A stretch of DNA of 64,000 nucleotides from Schizosaccharomyces osmophilus (Eukaryota). This document shows positions 1-12,847 of this stretch, piece by piece. Under the pieces are notes generated by a model. The model saw only the letters and a list, made by a program, of their open reading frames with translations. It searched no databases and had not been told where the DNA came from. The DNA lies in contig NC_079240.1 of assembly GCF_027921745.1 (NCBI RefSeq), positions 2,232,001 through 2,296,000 of the forward strand. The letters are read 5' to 3'. The stretch's first letter is position 1, and every line of letters starts with the position of its first letter. The position numbers and the translations under genes were made by a program.

Positions 1-1173
1 ATGATAGGCGGGATCAGAGGACAACGTTTGCACAACACGAATTGCATCTTTGATATTCAAATAGTGGATGAACGCAATGTTCTTTCTGGATAATATTTTC
101 ACACTATCGATCTCACCAAATTTGCCAAAATGATCGACTAGTTCATGTTCGCCAAACGAAGCTGGAAGGTTTCCAATAAAGACATTTCTACTCGCGGCCA
201 TATTGTTACAAACGTTAAATACGGACTCTGAGAGACGGCATGGCCTGGCAAAAGTAACCTTTAAAGAGCGACTTTGAAACTGGAATCTTCGACGATTATA
301 ATATTCGTGAAACTTTAAAGAATCTTCTGCATATAAAAAAGACAAAATCACCTTGTTTTTCTCGAGTTTTTGTTGTACCCTTTCCAACGGGCCAGCATGA
401 ATTTGTGAGAGAAGGTCGCTTATCTTATACTCAGAAGGAAGATTACTCAGAATCAAAACTCGAAAGTCGGCCAAGTACTTTGTTTCTTGATAGGGTGAAT
501 TCAAAGCATCCTTTGGATCTGGCGGTTGGGAAGCAAATGGGGGAGACGAAGAAGACATCGGTTGAAACGGGGTGCATTGAACGGGATGGGCTGGGTAAGG
601 ATTATCGATAAATGGAATGATTTGAATGGGATAATATGGGTTAGGGCCATAGTACATATTTCCAGAAGTTGAGTTGGTAGACAAAGAAGGAACGGAATTT
701 GAAGAAAGATTAGAAGCAGGAGCAGAATTAGAAACAGAAAGAGAAGAGTGCTTTTCTAATTTGTTTTCAACAAATTTTGGTTGAGATTGTTCACTTGTGC
801 CGGAGAGAGCAACTTCATCCTTTTCTATTGGATCAACAACCAGCTCCTGCTTCTTCTTTTCGCAAAGATCCTTCGGCACGTTCGAATCCTCAAAAAATTC
901 AATATCATTGGGAGAGTTAAGGGAACTGGAAGTAGAGTATGAATCGAATGACTTCGACTGTTCTTCCTCTTCACAATTCAACAATTGATCACCTTGTTCT
1001 TCTAGAAAGCCGCTTTTCAACACATGAGAGGTATCTTCTTCCTTTTCAAAAAGTAATTCTTCTTTCATATTCAATCCCGTCGTTTGAATAGTTTCGCATG
1101 GTACGATGTGTACGACCATACCTTGATCTTTCGGTTGACTGTCGTCGTGGCAGGAAGTGATGGAGTCCTTCAT
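1..1173 (-). CDS. Uncharacterised protein, more than 391 aa, 3' end beyond the window; Ser/Glu-rich then Pro/Tyr-rich N-terminal half
   Basis: Minus-strand frame from ATG 1173 (MKDSITSCHDDSQPKDQG...MKEELLFEKEEDTSH...NMYYGPNPYYPIQIIPF...LNIKDAIRVVQTLSSDPAYH) is open in the segments I translated and stays in frame to base 1. Absent from the ORF track, consistent with no stop inside the window. Sits next to idi1, as S. pombe SPBC106.16 does (recalled). Confidence 0.75.
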   Translation of the reverse strand, partial: MKDSITSCHDDSQPKDQGMVVHIVPCETIQTTGLNMKEELLFEKEEDTSHVLKSGFLEEQGDQLLNCEEEEQSKSFDSYSTSSSLNSPNDIEFFEDSNVPKDLCEKKKQELVVDPIEKDEVALSGTSEQSQPKFVENKLEKHSSLSVSNSAPASNLSSNSVPSLSTNSTSGNMYYGPNPYYPIQIIPFIDNPYPAHPVQCTPFQPMSSSSPPFASQPPDPKDALNSPYQETKYLADFRVLILSNLPSEYKISDLLSQIHAGPLERVQQKLEKNKVILSFLYAEDSLKFHEYYNRRRFQFQSRSLKVTFARPCRLSESVFNVCNNMAASRNVFIGNLPASFGEHELVDHFGKFGEIDSVKILSRKNIAFIHYLNIKDAIRVVQTLSSDPAYH

Positions 1174-2316
1174 AGCCTTTAATCGAAAAAAATACCTGCA
1201 AATCTCTGATTGCAATGCGATATAGAGCCAAAAATTCAGAAAGCTAGTAATGCGAAGTATAGAAAACCGAGGGAATGCGACTCCTATTTAAAAGATCTCA
1301 ACAGCAATCAAATCAGTCTTTCGTAATCGATTTTACCTATTCTCTCCTGCTTTCCCCTCATTCTTTGAACTATATTTTGAATTGTAATGAAGGTGTGCAT
1401 AAACAAACCTTGTCCTCATTTGCTCATTTGCCTTTGCCTTTCCTGGGGAAGCCGAAATATATGACGCATGCTTTTTAAGCTCACAATTACCATCGCCAAT
1501 CAAAAGCCTTTTAACCCCCGCATTTTTAAGGATTAAAGTAAAGCTATTACCAAGCGATATCTTGTCGCTGTTTCATTGGTGAGAGCATTTGACGTAACCA
1601 TGTCCAATCGAATGTAAACAAACACATAAAAGCAAAAATTCAAGAAAAGCGCTCCAGAACGTTTGCATTTGACTTTCCAATTACTAACATATGATAGAAT
1701 TTTTGTTAATCCAGGGTTTGCCAGGAGCCTGATGGGATGCGCAGCTTCATAAAAGCCATATGGAGAAGTCGCTGAAAACAAGGCCGGCAACAAGGATGAG
1801 CAGACTCATGAAAAAGGAACTTCTCTTGTACCAAGTATAAAGAGGATTTCTTGTCTTTTTGTCTTTTTTAATAATGCGTAACCCACGTGTGCTGATTATT
1901 ACCAAGTTTTCAAACTCCTGTTTCCTCCCCAGCAAAGAAGCATCATGCAAGAATTACGGGTTCCCTCAACTCGGGATAGACCATCGAATCGCATATTATT
2001 AATATTATACTACACCTGCATTTATTATCTCGAATTGCAAAAAAAAAGAGTGAATAATCGAAACGCTTTCGACAAGTTCGATAGGCATGTAGATGTGTGC
2101 TAATTAGACCCAACTTTACTTTTTTTTTTTCCCTCTAAACTCTCTTCAAAAGACGTATAGACTATACAACAAGTAAATAAAGCAAAAGATTAGTTCCCTC
2201 CTTTCATTTCCATTGAATGGTCGATACCAACAGACAAACCAAGCAAAGTCTGGTCTGTTCCAAAAGAAGGTAAACCGAATGTTTTCAAAGATAGCAAATA
2301 AAAATGTCAAATTCGT

Positions 2317-3151
<835 letters not shown>

Positions 3152-3528
3152 CGTCTATGTTGGTGAAGGGTAAGATAACTTCTTCGCGTCTCCTTCGTAC
3201 AGCCCACCAACAACCAACTACGAGAAACTTTGGAATTGTTTCCAAATACTTCGTATTTTGGTTGATTATTTCTTTTCCTTTTCTTTTCTTTTTTAAGTTA
3301 GAATTTTTTTGGTGTCTTTGAATTTGCTTTTGTAAAACTTTGCATTTGCTTGCAAATCCATAGTTTGCTTTCAGAAAGATACCTTCTAAGGACTCCTTTC
3401 TGTTGACAGTATTATTGATACAATTTCTGTTCATTTTCCCGTCTTTACACCTATTTGCAATATCAGTAGGTGCCACATTATAGATTTCAGTCTATTTTTT
3501 CTTAACAACCCGAGTTTAAGAAGGAATC

Positions 3529-5691
3529 ATGGTGAAACGTCGTACAGCCGCCGTTCTTCCCATCAATCTCCCTCATTTACAACATTTGGTAAAAAAGGAC
3601 CCCAAATCCTACAGGGACGAATTCTTGCAGCAGTGGAATCATTATGAAACAGTCAGAGAGATTTTTCTTATACAACCATCCAACGATGTCACTGAATTTA
3701 ATTCTCTTATAGATTTTATTGCTCAAACATGTAACCACTATACGGACATAACTAAGGACTTTTCAAAGGAATTGATGGATTTACTTCTAAAAAATCATGA
3801 TCAATTTCCTTTCGAACTCTCTGAAAAAATTGTACAGGCTCTTGTTTTATTGAAAAACAAAAGTGCTTTATCACCTATTGCACTTCTGCAATGCTTTTTT
3901 CCTTTATTTAGCAGTAATCCTTCCCGTACCTTCCGAGAGCTCCTATATGAACAAGTTTCTTTAGCGGTGCGCAATGCAAACAAAAAAGCTAAGGACGATA
4001 AACTGAACAAAGCTGTTCAAGCTGCTTTATTTACCTTAGTAGAAACTTCGGATACGGCTTCTGTAACACATACGGATTATTCGAACAAAAAGCACGAATA
4101 TTCTCCTAATGAGCTTTCCGGTATGTGGGCCGTAAAAATGGTTCAAGACTTGTGGAAACGAAACATTTGGTCTGGCGATGCTCGTGCAGTCAATATTATG
4201 AAGACAGCCGCCTTATCGAACAACACCAAAGTTATGCTTAGCGGTGTCTATTTCTTCTTAGGGGCCGATACCCAAGGCGAAGAAGAAGAGGGCTCGGACG
4301 AAGAAGAAGATACAGATGTTGGTCGATTAAAGCATCAGTCGACCATTAATAAGAAAACCAGGTCTCGTGAAACCCAAATAGAGCGTATACGTGCTCGTAT
4401 GAAGAAGAAAGAAAAGGGAAAGTTGGCACCCCCTACGAACGTTAACTTCCCTGCTCTGCAACTTCTATACGATCCTCAAGGGTTCGCCGAAGAGCTTTTT
4501 GAAAAGCAACTAGTGAATTCGAAGCGCTCTTTGTCTATGGAGCATAAGCTTGTGGTTCTTCGTCTCCTCACAAGATTGATTGGTAATCATAAGTTGACTG
4601 TTTTAGGACTTTATTCATACATGATGAAATACCTAACCCCTTATCAGCGCGATGTTACCCAGTTTCTTGCTTGCTTGGCTCAAGCCAGCCATGAGTTTAT
4701 TCCTCCTGATGTTTTAGAGCCTTTAATTCGAAAAATCGCCGATGAGTTTGTCACTACAGGAGTCGCCAATGAAGTTGTTTGTGCAGGTATTAACGCCATT
4801 CGAGAAGTTTGTGCACGTTCTCCTTTTGCAATGACAGCGGATCTTTTACAGGACTTGACTGAGTATAAGTCTAGTAAGGATAAGGGTGTTACGATGGCTA
4901 GTCGTGGTCTCATTAGTTTGTATCGTGAGGTTGCTCCTGATATGTTGAAGAAGAAAGACCGAGGAAAGGTTGCATCGATGGAGTTGAAGGATCGCATTCC
5001 AATTAGGTTCGGTGAGGAACTGAATGTTGTCCATGGTATCGAAGGTTTAGAACTGCTTGAGAAATACAAAAACGAAATTAAAGATGATGGAAATGAGGAA
5101 GACGATGACAAGTGGGAAGTTGCGGACAACGACAGTGATTCAGGAGAGAGCGAAGGCTGGGTTAACTTAAAAAGCGATGATGATATTGACATCAGCGACA
5201 GTGAAGAGGAAAGTAATGATAAGATAAACACCGAAGGAACATCGGAAGATAAAGCTAAGTCTGAAGACAATGAGAACAAACAGGAAGCCTCTAATTTGGC
5301 TGCTCGTTCAATATTGACCCCAGCTGATTTGGAGAAACTGGGAGAACTCCGCGAAAAAGCTAACGTTGACCGCTTGGTTCATGGACCAAAACGTGTGCAT
5401 GACAATGACGCTGTCGTTGATGCATATGATATTGAAGGACCAAGGAAAAGGATGAAAGATGATCGCGAAGGTCGTTTGGCCCGTGTCATGGAAGGTCGTG
5501 AAGGCCGCGAAAAATATGGCTCCAAGAGTAACCAATTTAATCCTACAAGTCTTTCAAACAAGAGAAAGCAAAAGACCAAGAACTTTATGATGATTAAACA
5601 TAAAGTTAAAGGAAAGGCTGGTAGAAGTCTTATGCAGAAGCGAAAATCTTTGCGAGACCATATTGACCGCGAGAAAAAACGTATTAAGTAA
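3529..5691 (+). CDS. sda1: SDA1 family 60S ribosome biogenesis protein
   Basis: 720-aa ORF with NLPHLQHLVKKDPKSYRDEF N-terminus, NAIREVCARSP motif, acidic region and basic C-terminus typical of Sda1. Confidence 0.95.
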   Translation: MVKRRTAAVLPINLPHLQHLVKKDPKSYRDEFLQQWNHYETVREIFLIQPSNDVTEFNSLIDFIAQTCNHYTDITKDFSKELMDLLLKNHDQFPFELSEKIVQALVLLKNKSALSPIALLQCFFPLFSSNPSRTFRELLYEQVSLAVRNANKKAKDDKLNKAVQAALFTLVETSDTASVTHTDYSNKKHEYSPNELSGMWAVKMVQDLWKRNIWSGDARAVNIMKTAALSNNTKVMLSGVYFFLGADTQGEEEEGSDEEEDTDVGRLKHQSTINKKTRSRETQIERIRARMKKKEKGKLAPPTNVNFPALQLLYDPQGFAEELFEKQLVNSKRSLSMEHKLVVLRLLTRLIGNHKLTVLGLYSYMMKYLTPYQRDVTQFLACLAQASHEFIPPDVLEPLIRKIADEFVTTGVANEVVCAGINAIREVCARSPFAMTADLLQDLTEYKSSKDKGVTMASRGLISLYREVAPDMLKKKDRGKVASMELKDRIPIRFGEELNVVHGIEGLELLEKYKNEIKDDGNEEDDDKWEVADNDSDSGESEGWVNLKSDDDIDISDSEEESNDKINTEGTSEDKAKSEDNENKQEASNLAARSILTPADLEKLGELREKANVDRLVHGPKRVHDNDAVVDAYDIEGPRKRMKDDREGRLARVMEGREGREKYGSKSNQFNPTSLSNKRKQKTKNFMMIKHKVKGKAGRSLMQKRKSLRDHIDREKKRIK

Positions 5692-5929
5692 AGAAAGTTT
5701 ACTTAATGTCAATGGTTTTAAGATATCTCTGGGTGAATTTTTTTGGTAATAGTATTATAGAAAGGAATCGGTTTAGGGATTAGGACAATTAATAATTATT
5801 GCATTATAATACAGGAATCTTCGCGATGAAATAATTCAAGTTATCTATCTATAATTATCGCTTAACATTAGATTCATTACAATCGTTACATATTTCTTCT
5901 GGAACACTTTAAAGAAAATTGAAATGGAG

Positions 5930-7234
5930 CTATACCACGTACACCTTTCTGAGTAACTCAGAAGGATAGTCTTTTCCTGAAAAAGGATCTTTCAAATATC
6001 CTTCTTGTGTCCCATTTACTTCATTCCATGCAATTAAGCTCTTAATTCCGTAAACATGCCCATTTGGAAGGGCGACAGGGCGATTATCGCTATCCAGTCG
6101 AGCACCCGTTAATGAATCAACAATGACTGATTGGGTAACATGAGCATAAGGTAAAGACTGTGCGAGAACGCTTAGGTTGGGAGTGCATACAGGACACTGC
6201 CGAATGGCGGAAGACTGAAAGGAGTGAGAATTGTGTGCATCTTCGTAATTATAGCAAGAAGGAGTTTTCAAGGAAGAAAGACCTGCAGCTATCGCAATAT
6301 GTAGAATGGAGACTGAGGAAAGACAATTCACTTGGCTGAATGTTTTGGAAAACAAGGATGCCAAGAAGTCCCAACGTTGATCGGAAAGATATTCCTAATT
6401 AACAAAAGTTAGACGAAAAATCAAGAATTAAATAAACTATTACACTTACATTGTATCGAGAAATTTTCGTAGAATACGGAATCGCCAAAAGAGCTGCAAC
6501 TTGCTGAAGCCTGCCCGCATGGGTTTTGGTCCAATTACCAAAGTAAGTTTTAGCAAAATTAATTGCCTGAACTTTTTTATTCGACTTTACCAGTTCAACA
6601 AAACGCTGTATTCGGATCTCGAGTTCCAGCGTGCTACTAATCTTCTTTAGAATCGATCGATGCTCGGCGCACCATGCAAGTACCTCTTTCAATTCACGTC
6701 GGAGAATAGAGTCAAGTATTTGCTGGTACCTCTTGTAAATATCAATGTCAACCATTTCAAACAAATCGGAGTTTTTGCATAATTTTATGGCAGAGTCATG
6801 ATAGCCGTTTGCTAACATGTAATCCGCAATCAGTCGATTCAAACGAGTCCTGGACCAATCCAAATATTCCGGTGAATCCAGGTCCTCAATTTGGCTGAGA
6901 GTATTTATAAACTGTAAACGCAACCGCGTTCGCTGAATATGCATTTCTTCGGCTTCTCTAAGCTGTACCATCTATCAATGTTAGATTAGTAGATCATAGG
7001 AAAATTTACCTTTTTCTTTAAATTTCGATTCCTCGAAACCAAGCTATCAATCTCTTGGACTTTACTTTCAATCGGAATTGACTCTTGAAGCAAAGCAGTA
7101 AGCGTTGAACTCATTGCATGGGACTCATGTTCCAATTGTCGAAGTTCCAGCTTGAAATTTAATCTCAGTTGTTCAAATGATAGCAAAATTCCAGGCTTTT
7201 CCAGCATAAATTGTTGTTCCAAGGAAAAACTCAT
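5930..7234 (-). CDS. gid9: GID/CTLH ubiquitin ligase subunit Gid9/Fyv10 (MAEA-like), 3 exons (7234-7010, 6971-6450, 6394-5930)
   Basis: LisH (RLNRLIADYMLANGY), CTLH/CRA and degenerate RING (CPVC...LPYAH...LPNGHVYG) motifs; GT..AG introns join the three ORF pieces in frame. Confidence 0.9.
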
Positions 7235-7561
7235 TGGGCTTACGAAGACCTGCAAGAAAAACTCAAAGTATAATCAATTCCAGAACAGAATTAGAACTAT
7301 CGTCTTCTTTAAAAAATATAATATTATGTCGTTTAGAGAAAACGGCCTCACGTAGTTCAGCTTAGAACAATAGACTAAAAAAGCAGCAAGAAAAAACAAT
7401 TCGGCAAGACAAAGATAGAAACAATGATTGTATTCTTCAGCTAACTCCTATTTCCTTGATGGAAGCATATATATACAAAGAAGTGACCTTGTTTAGTATT
7501 GGTAAAGGATGCAAAGCAAAGAACGGTGGATTCGTTCACGTCAAGAACCATAACGATGAGT

Positions 7562-8940
7562 ATGTCGCTGGACAAATCATTAGATGAAATTATTAAAGAC
7601 AAAAAAGTAAGTCACTTAAAATAAACAGTATCATTTACAATTTAGAAAAGTAGTGTCTTTCGAAGACCAGGAAAATCTGATCGTCAGAATAGAATTGTTA
7701 AAAGACGAGGAAAGGTATACGCTTGCGAATCAACTAGTTTATGATTTTACTGAATGCTAAATGCTTACTTTGGATCCAGAAACTAGTACAAAAATCTACT
7801 TCTCAGAATCCTTCTATAGACAACGAACCATGGCAGCATGATTTGAACCAGGAAGATGACTCTTCCGAGAACTTAAAGTATGGTCACAAAGGAAGAGATA
7901 GGTATGCGTCCACACTAGAGCTGTCATTTTGGCCTTCCACAGTTTTAGCTACATGGGATCATTCCGGGAAGCTAACATTAGCTTCAGAAACTCCTTCTCT
8001 GAATCTTTACACACTGTTGTAATTGAAAATTTACATTATGAGCTATCTGAAGAGAATATCAGGGTAGGTTGCATAGAAACGTAAAAGATGGATTTGAAGG
8101 AACCGACTTGAGCAGAAAGATGTGAGCCTTCCTTTGGGATATCCAGTAAAGTTGAAATCCCATCCAGAAAGAAGGTTTCCTTGGAGGTCTCAGCAATTGG
8201 CAACCGCGATTATGGGAATTTTACCTTGCAGATTAGACTTTATAAAGTGGAACATTCAAAATAGGCAAATTGCGACTTTAGAACGTATTGCAATTTGATC
8301 TTTTTGTTTAGAGACTTTCAAGAAGATAATCGATCACCCTCTTTGCTCCTATGCGAGTTGCAAGTCATTTTCTTCAAACCGGGAGCTTTCTTGACTAATG
8401 TTTTCATTCAGTCTATGTTCTTAAATGATTTATTATATCACGCTTAGTATTAACAAAGTTTATTAGTCACTGCTATCAGATTTTCATCCTCATTCTATTG
8501 TAGTGGATTATGATCGCGCCGGTCGTTCTGAAGGAACTTGTCGCGCCCTCTTCTTTTCGAAAGAAGAAGCAACAACTGCTGTGGATTCTTTAGAAGGTCA
8601 CTTTGTTAATGATCAGCCTATCAAGCTATTTTTGAAACCTCCTACATCCCTGCTGGATCGAATTTCTTTTTCCAGCACTGCTGAAAATGCTAATAAAAAA
8701 GCTCCTTCCAAGAAGCTCAACCGTTCAAGAAGTGAAAAACGGATTTCCCCAGTCCATCCCGTTTCACACGAAGATCTTGATCGTGAACTTGATGCTTATA
8801 CAGCTTCCTACCAAGCACCTTCAAGTTTTGAAGACAAGCAAAAAAAAAGCTCTGGTAATGCAAAATATGTAGGGGAAGGTAAAGGCGATGGCACAATACT
8901 TGCTCAAGATACAGAGGATATGCAGCTTGACGACCCGTAG
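7562..8940 (+). CDS. tho4: ALY/REF (Yra1-like) RRM mRNA export adaptor, 5 exons (7562-7606, 7646-7714, 7780-7901, 7982-8063, 8467-8940)
   Basis: MSLDKSLDEII N-terminal box, RRM (VVIENLHYELSEENIR...DYDRAGRSEG) and C-terminal EDLDRELDAY box; four GT..AG introns keep the frame. Confidence 0.85.
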
Positions 8941-9334
8941 TACCGGAATACAGTACTTCACCAAGCCAAAAAAATAAATACTTCTTAATGAAATTATTTC
9001 TTTTTGTGTAGTAATTGAATGTAAACATATATATCTTTGGAATAGATTATCTTTGGTTTCCTACCTCTACATTCCATAGAAAACATACCATTTTCAAAAT
9101 TGGTCCATCTGGCAAAACGCCTTTTTCAGCAGCCAACCCGGACATTTTAGTATCCATATATGATTTAAGGATTACTACTTCATTACTACAATTGTTTTTT
9201 TTTTTTTTTTTTTTTGGCTAACTCAGTGAACTTTCGATAACATATTCGGTCGATTTCATTTGGGACGTTACTTCGACGCGTCGTCTAAGAAATCTTAAAA
9301 TAGTTGTTGATATTCAGAGTTTCATCTTTATAAT

Positions 9335-10648
9335 ATGAAATTCTCTATCATACCTACTACCGCCTTGCCAGAGTATGAGGGTCCATTATGTGTTGGTTCG
9401 GTGGTCATTGAAACAAGTGTTCCTAAAGAACTTCAATGTAAGTTATCAAATATTGAACATGAATTGAAAACAGTTAAACTCCGAATGTTTTATCCTATTT
9501 TTCCCACCAAAGAAGTAAAGCCCCGGAAAGACGAGCTTTGGCTCCCCTTCAATGAAGGAATTCCAAATATTGCTACAGGGTTTAAATGGTGGATGATTCG
9601 AACATGTGCAAGACAGTTTTCTAAAACTTCTTTACCTGTTTATGATGGGACTCTGTTTCAGGACAGTCAAAATACTAAGCTGCCAGTATTGTTGTTTAGT
9701 CATGGACTTTTGGGTTCAAGGAATGTTTATTCTTCTTTATGTGGAAATATCTCTTCTTATGGAGTCGTTGTTTTGGCTTTAGAGCACCGTGACCAGACTG
9801 CTATAATTTCAACTGTTCGTGATCCTAGTCACCCGGATGATAAAGGATATCTTGTTCAGTATCGAGAAATCAAGGATTTTTATAGCGAGGATACTATTGC
9901 ATTACAAAAGGACAGACTTCATTTTCGTGAAAGGGAAATTCAGCTTGCTGTGAAAATGATCCGCTCAATCAACGAGCACGGTGTACCTAGCCTTGACACA
10001 GCCTACTCTTCTTCTGGTGATCCTAACGTCTGTAAACGTCTGTTTGAATCACTGAAAGGTCGCTTGAATACTACAAAAGGAGAGCTTTTACTTTCGGGTC
10101 ACTCGTTTGGTGCCGCCACCAGTGCTTTCATAACAAACTCATCAACTCGCTCCCTTGACAGCAGTAGCCTGCATCAGGAAGAATACAAATGCGTAATTTT
10201 GTATGATATCTGGATGTTGCCTGTTCTCCAGCTGAATATACAGAAAATCAAGTACCCTACTATAATGATCATATCTTATGAATTTCAACGCTGGGCTGAT
10301 AACTATAACGCCTTGGAAAATTGGCTTTTTGGCCGCAAATCGAAATCAGATGTTGATCAGGAAACTTCTGCAAACAAGCTTGAAATTGTTCCAACTGAAA
10401 AACCATCTCACGTGTTCGTCTTAGATGGGACAGTCCACGCAAACCAAAGTGATCTACCGATTCTTTTACCGAGTATGGTTTTCAAATTACTTAAAGGAAA
10501 AGTTAAAGCTGATCCTTATGAGGCTGTTATAATTAACGCACGTTCTTCTGTTCAGTTTTTGCGGGAGAATGGAGTCAAACTTCAAGGGGAAAATGACCCC
10601 GACAGTTTAAAGTCGGAAGTCATTCCTGGCTGGGAGAAAATCATCTAA
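9335..10648 (+). CDS. plg7: PAF acetylhydrolase-family phospholipase A2
   Basis: FSHGLLGSRNVYS, EHRD and GHSFGAAT lipase motifs; position next to pka1. Confidence 0.92.
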   Translation: MKFSIIPTTALPEYEGPLCVGSVVIETSVPKELQCKLSNIEHELKTVKLRMFYPIFPTKEVKPRKDELWLPFNEGIPNIATGFKWWMIRTCARQFSKTSLPVYDGTLFQDSQNTKLPVLLFSHGLLGSRNVYSSLCGNISSYGVVVLALEHRDQTAIISTVRDPSHPDDKGYLVQYREIKDFYSEDTIALQKDRLHFREREIQLAVKMIRSINEHGVPSLDTAYSSSGDPNVCKRLFESLKGRLNTTKGELLLSGHSFGAATSAFITNSSTRSLDSSSLHQEEYKCVILYDIWMLPVLQLNIQKIKYPTIMIISYEFQRWADNYNALENWLFGRKSKSDVDQETSANKLEIVPTEKPSHVFVLDGTVHANQSDLPILLPSMVFKLLKGKVKADPYEAVIINARSSVQFLRENGVKLQGENDPDSLKSEVIPGWEKII

Positions 10649-11389
10649 GTAAACAGCTTTTTATTCCAAAAACTTAGGACTACTTTTATTTATTCAATCG
10701 GCGTGCTAATCTGTGGATTTCTCGTGTTTTACCAATTTTACATAAAGGAACCTCTGATGCTTCAATCTATACTTAGCTTTCTTTACTTACTTTTTTTTGG
10801 GGGATATATATGATCATAATCATTCATGACATTACTTCTATTAAGAATAATACACAAGTTTGAGAACTTAAGTCATCATTTCATTACTGTTCATGAGATT
10901 AAAAATGAACTAAATTAGAACATTAATAATTTTATCAAATAGAATAATAATAGCACATCAAGTTCGCAGCTATTACTTGCAACTAAAGGGCCGGATTTTT
11001 TTATCAGGATTCATTCAAAACAAGCTATATTGTCACAAAAATCAAAACTTTTAAAGGGAAATAAGGGAAAAAGACTTGAAAATCATCAATATACCTTCTC
11101 TTTTTTATATAAAATGCATAACATTGGCATTTTTTTTTTCGTCCAGTATCAATCATGCGACAAAAACATATATTCACATGATACCAGAATTAATAAATAT
11201 ATTTAAAAGGACGAATTAGCGGATCGGTAGCAAAATATAGAACCCAAAAAGCAATAAAGAACAATCAAAAAGTCGTGGATTCCAAGATAACATAACAAAA
11301 TCATAGTCATAATAATTCAAGGATTTATTCTACTACGACTGCCAAAAATAGAATAAATATCAATAGTTTCCAATTCTTTTTAGAATGAC

Positions 11390-12847
11390 TTAAAAGTCCT
11401 GGAAAATATCTGAGAATTCTGGATTCTCGTTGTTACCATAATTGGTGGGACCTGTAGCATAAGACTCAAATTGACTCGAATCACCCATGCCAGCACGGAT
11501 TGGAGGTACATAAGGAACTTCAACTTTACGTGTCAAAATTTTGTCCCAACTAATATCTCGGAACCAAGGATGCATAATGATATCCATACTTCCATCTTTA
11601 AGATTTCCATACCGACTCGTAATATCCCTTTGAAGAAGATGATCCATAAGGTCAATGCTAGCGTGGGAGAAATATTGGGGATACGAAATGCTACCTTCAA
11701 GAATGTTTTCATACAGTTTCATCGGATTTTCCGAATAAAAGGGAGGATAGCCAGCAAGCATTTCAAAGATGAAAATACCCAAAGACCACCAGTCAGCAGC
11801 TTTGTTATAGGGCTTCAAGGAGATGATTTCGGGAGCTAAGTAGTCCGGTGTTCCACATAACGTGAAACAATTGTTGGTAGAAACACGTTTCGCAAACCCA
11901 AAATCAACAATTTTTAAATGTCCAAATCGATCAAGTAAAAGGTTTTCAGGCTTCAAATCACGATACACAATTTGATTGTGATGCAAATAATCCAAAGCCA
12001 GGATAACTTCCGCAGCATAAAACTTTGCAACCTTCTCTGGAAAACGATGACATTTTCTGAGAAGGGAAAACAGTTCACCACCTTCTGCGAAATCCATGAC
12101 CATAAATAAATTTTTAGCGTCTTGGAATGTTCCCCACAATATGGTAATGAAAGGATGCTGAACTCGGGAAAGGATATGGCGCTCATCGCAAGTGTGTTCC
12201 ACTTGCTTCATGTCTACCACTCTCCTTTTTTCTAAAACTTTAATAGCATAAAACAGTCGGTTATGCTTGGATTGAACTAAATGTACTCTGCCAAATGACC
12301 CCGTACCTAAAGTTTGGAGAAAATCAAAATCTTGGATTCCATAGCGACCCTTCGTTGAATGATCTGCAGGACGAATTCGCTTCCTCTGTAAATCAAGCAA
12401 TTGCGAAAGACGTGACTTGCGCATTTGGCGATCTCGTAAGTTGTCAGTGTTTTTGCCGGCGTTTTTATATTGATTATTCTCGGTACTCCGAGAAGCGGCT
12501 TCACTAGATGAAGGAGCAGATTTGTCAGCGATATTAGAAGGTTGTTGCTGTCCAGGCCTAGCGCCTTCATTTTGTTGCATGGACTGCATGGTCTCTACTT
12601 GAGGCCCCTCAGAAGTTGATGGTGCCGGCTGGCTCATAGTTGCTTCTTCTAAGGCGGCAGGAATACCAGATGTCCAGACACTGTTTGAAGAGTTTTTTTC
12701 CATTGAATTTTGGTCTTCTTGTTGTGAATCATTACCTCTTTGGTTCTGGGCAGGCGAGTTGGATTTATCTTCTGGCTGTCGGTCCATATATCCGTCCACC
12801 TTGGTAGCTTGATCGCCGGATGACGCAGGATAGGTTGCAGTTTGCAT
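11390..12847 (-). CDS. pka1: cAMP-dependent protein kinase catalytic subunit
   Basis: [34 protein letters not shown] and C-terminal FQDF. First in-frame ATG at 12847; the ORF track starts at an upstream TTG. Confidence 0.97.
   Translation of the reverse strand: MQTATYPASSGDQATKVDGYMDRQPEDKSNSPAQNQRGNDSQQEDQNSMEKNSSNSVWTSGIPAALEEATMSQPAPSTSEGPQVETMQSMQQNEGARPGQQQPSNIADKSAPSSSEAASRSTENNQYKNAGKNTDNLRDRQMRKSRLSQLLDLQRKRIRPADHSTKGRYGIQDFDFLQTLGTGSFGRVHLVQSKHNRLFYAIKVLEKRRVVDMKQVEHTCDERHILSRVQHPFITILWGTFQDAKNLFMVMDFAEGGELFSLLRKCHRFPEKVAKFYAAEVILALDYLHHNQIVYRDLKPENLLLDRFGHLKIVDFGFAKRVSTNNCFTLCGTPDYLAPEIISLKPYNKAADWWSLGIFIFEMLAGYPPFYSENPMKLYENILEGSISYPQYFSHASIDLMDHLLQRDITSRYGNLKDGSMDIIMHPWFRDISWDKILTRKVEVPYVPPIRAGMGDSSQFESYATGPTNYGNNENPEFSDIFQDF

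Noticed and set aside
1533..1950. Short minus-strand ORFs, one with a hydrophobic C-terminus, and a TACTAAC at 1682
   Set aside because: Non-ATG starts, no consistent exon model and no recognisable family.
4680..5279. 199-aa Ser-rich antisense ORF
   Set aside because: Shadow of the acidic region of sda1; the same applies to most short ORFs nested in long genes.
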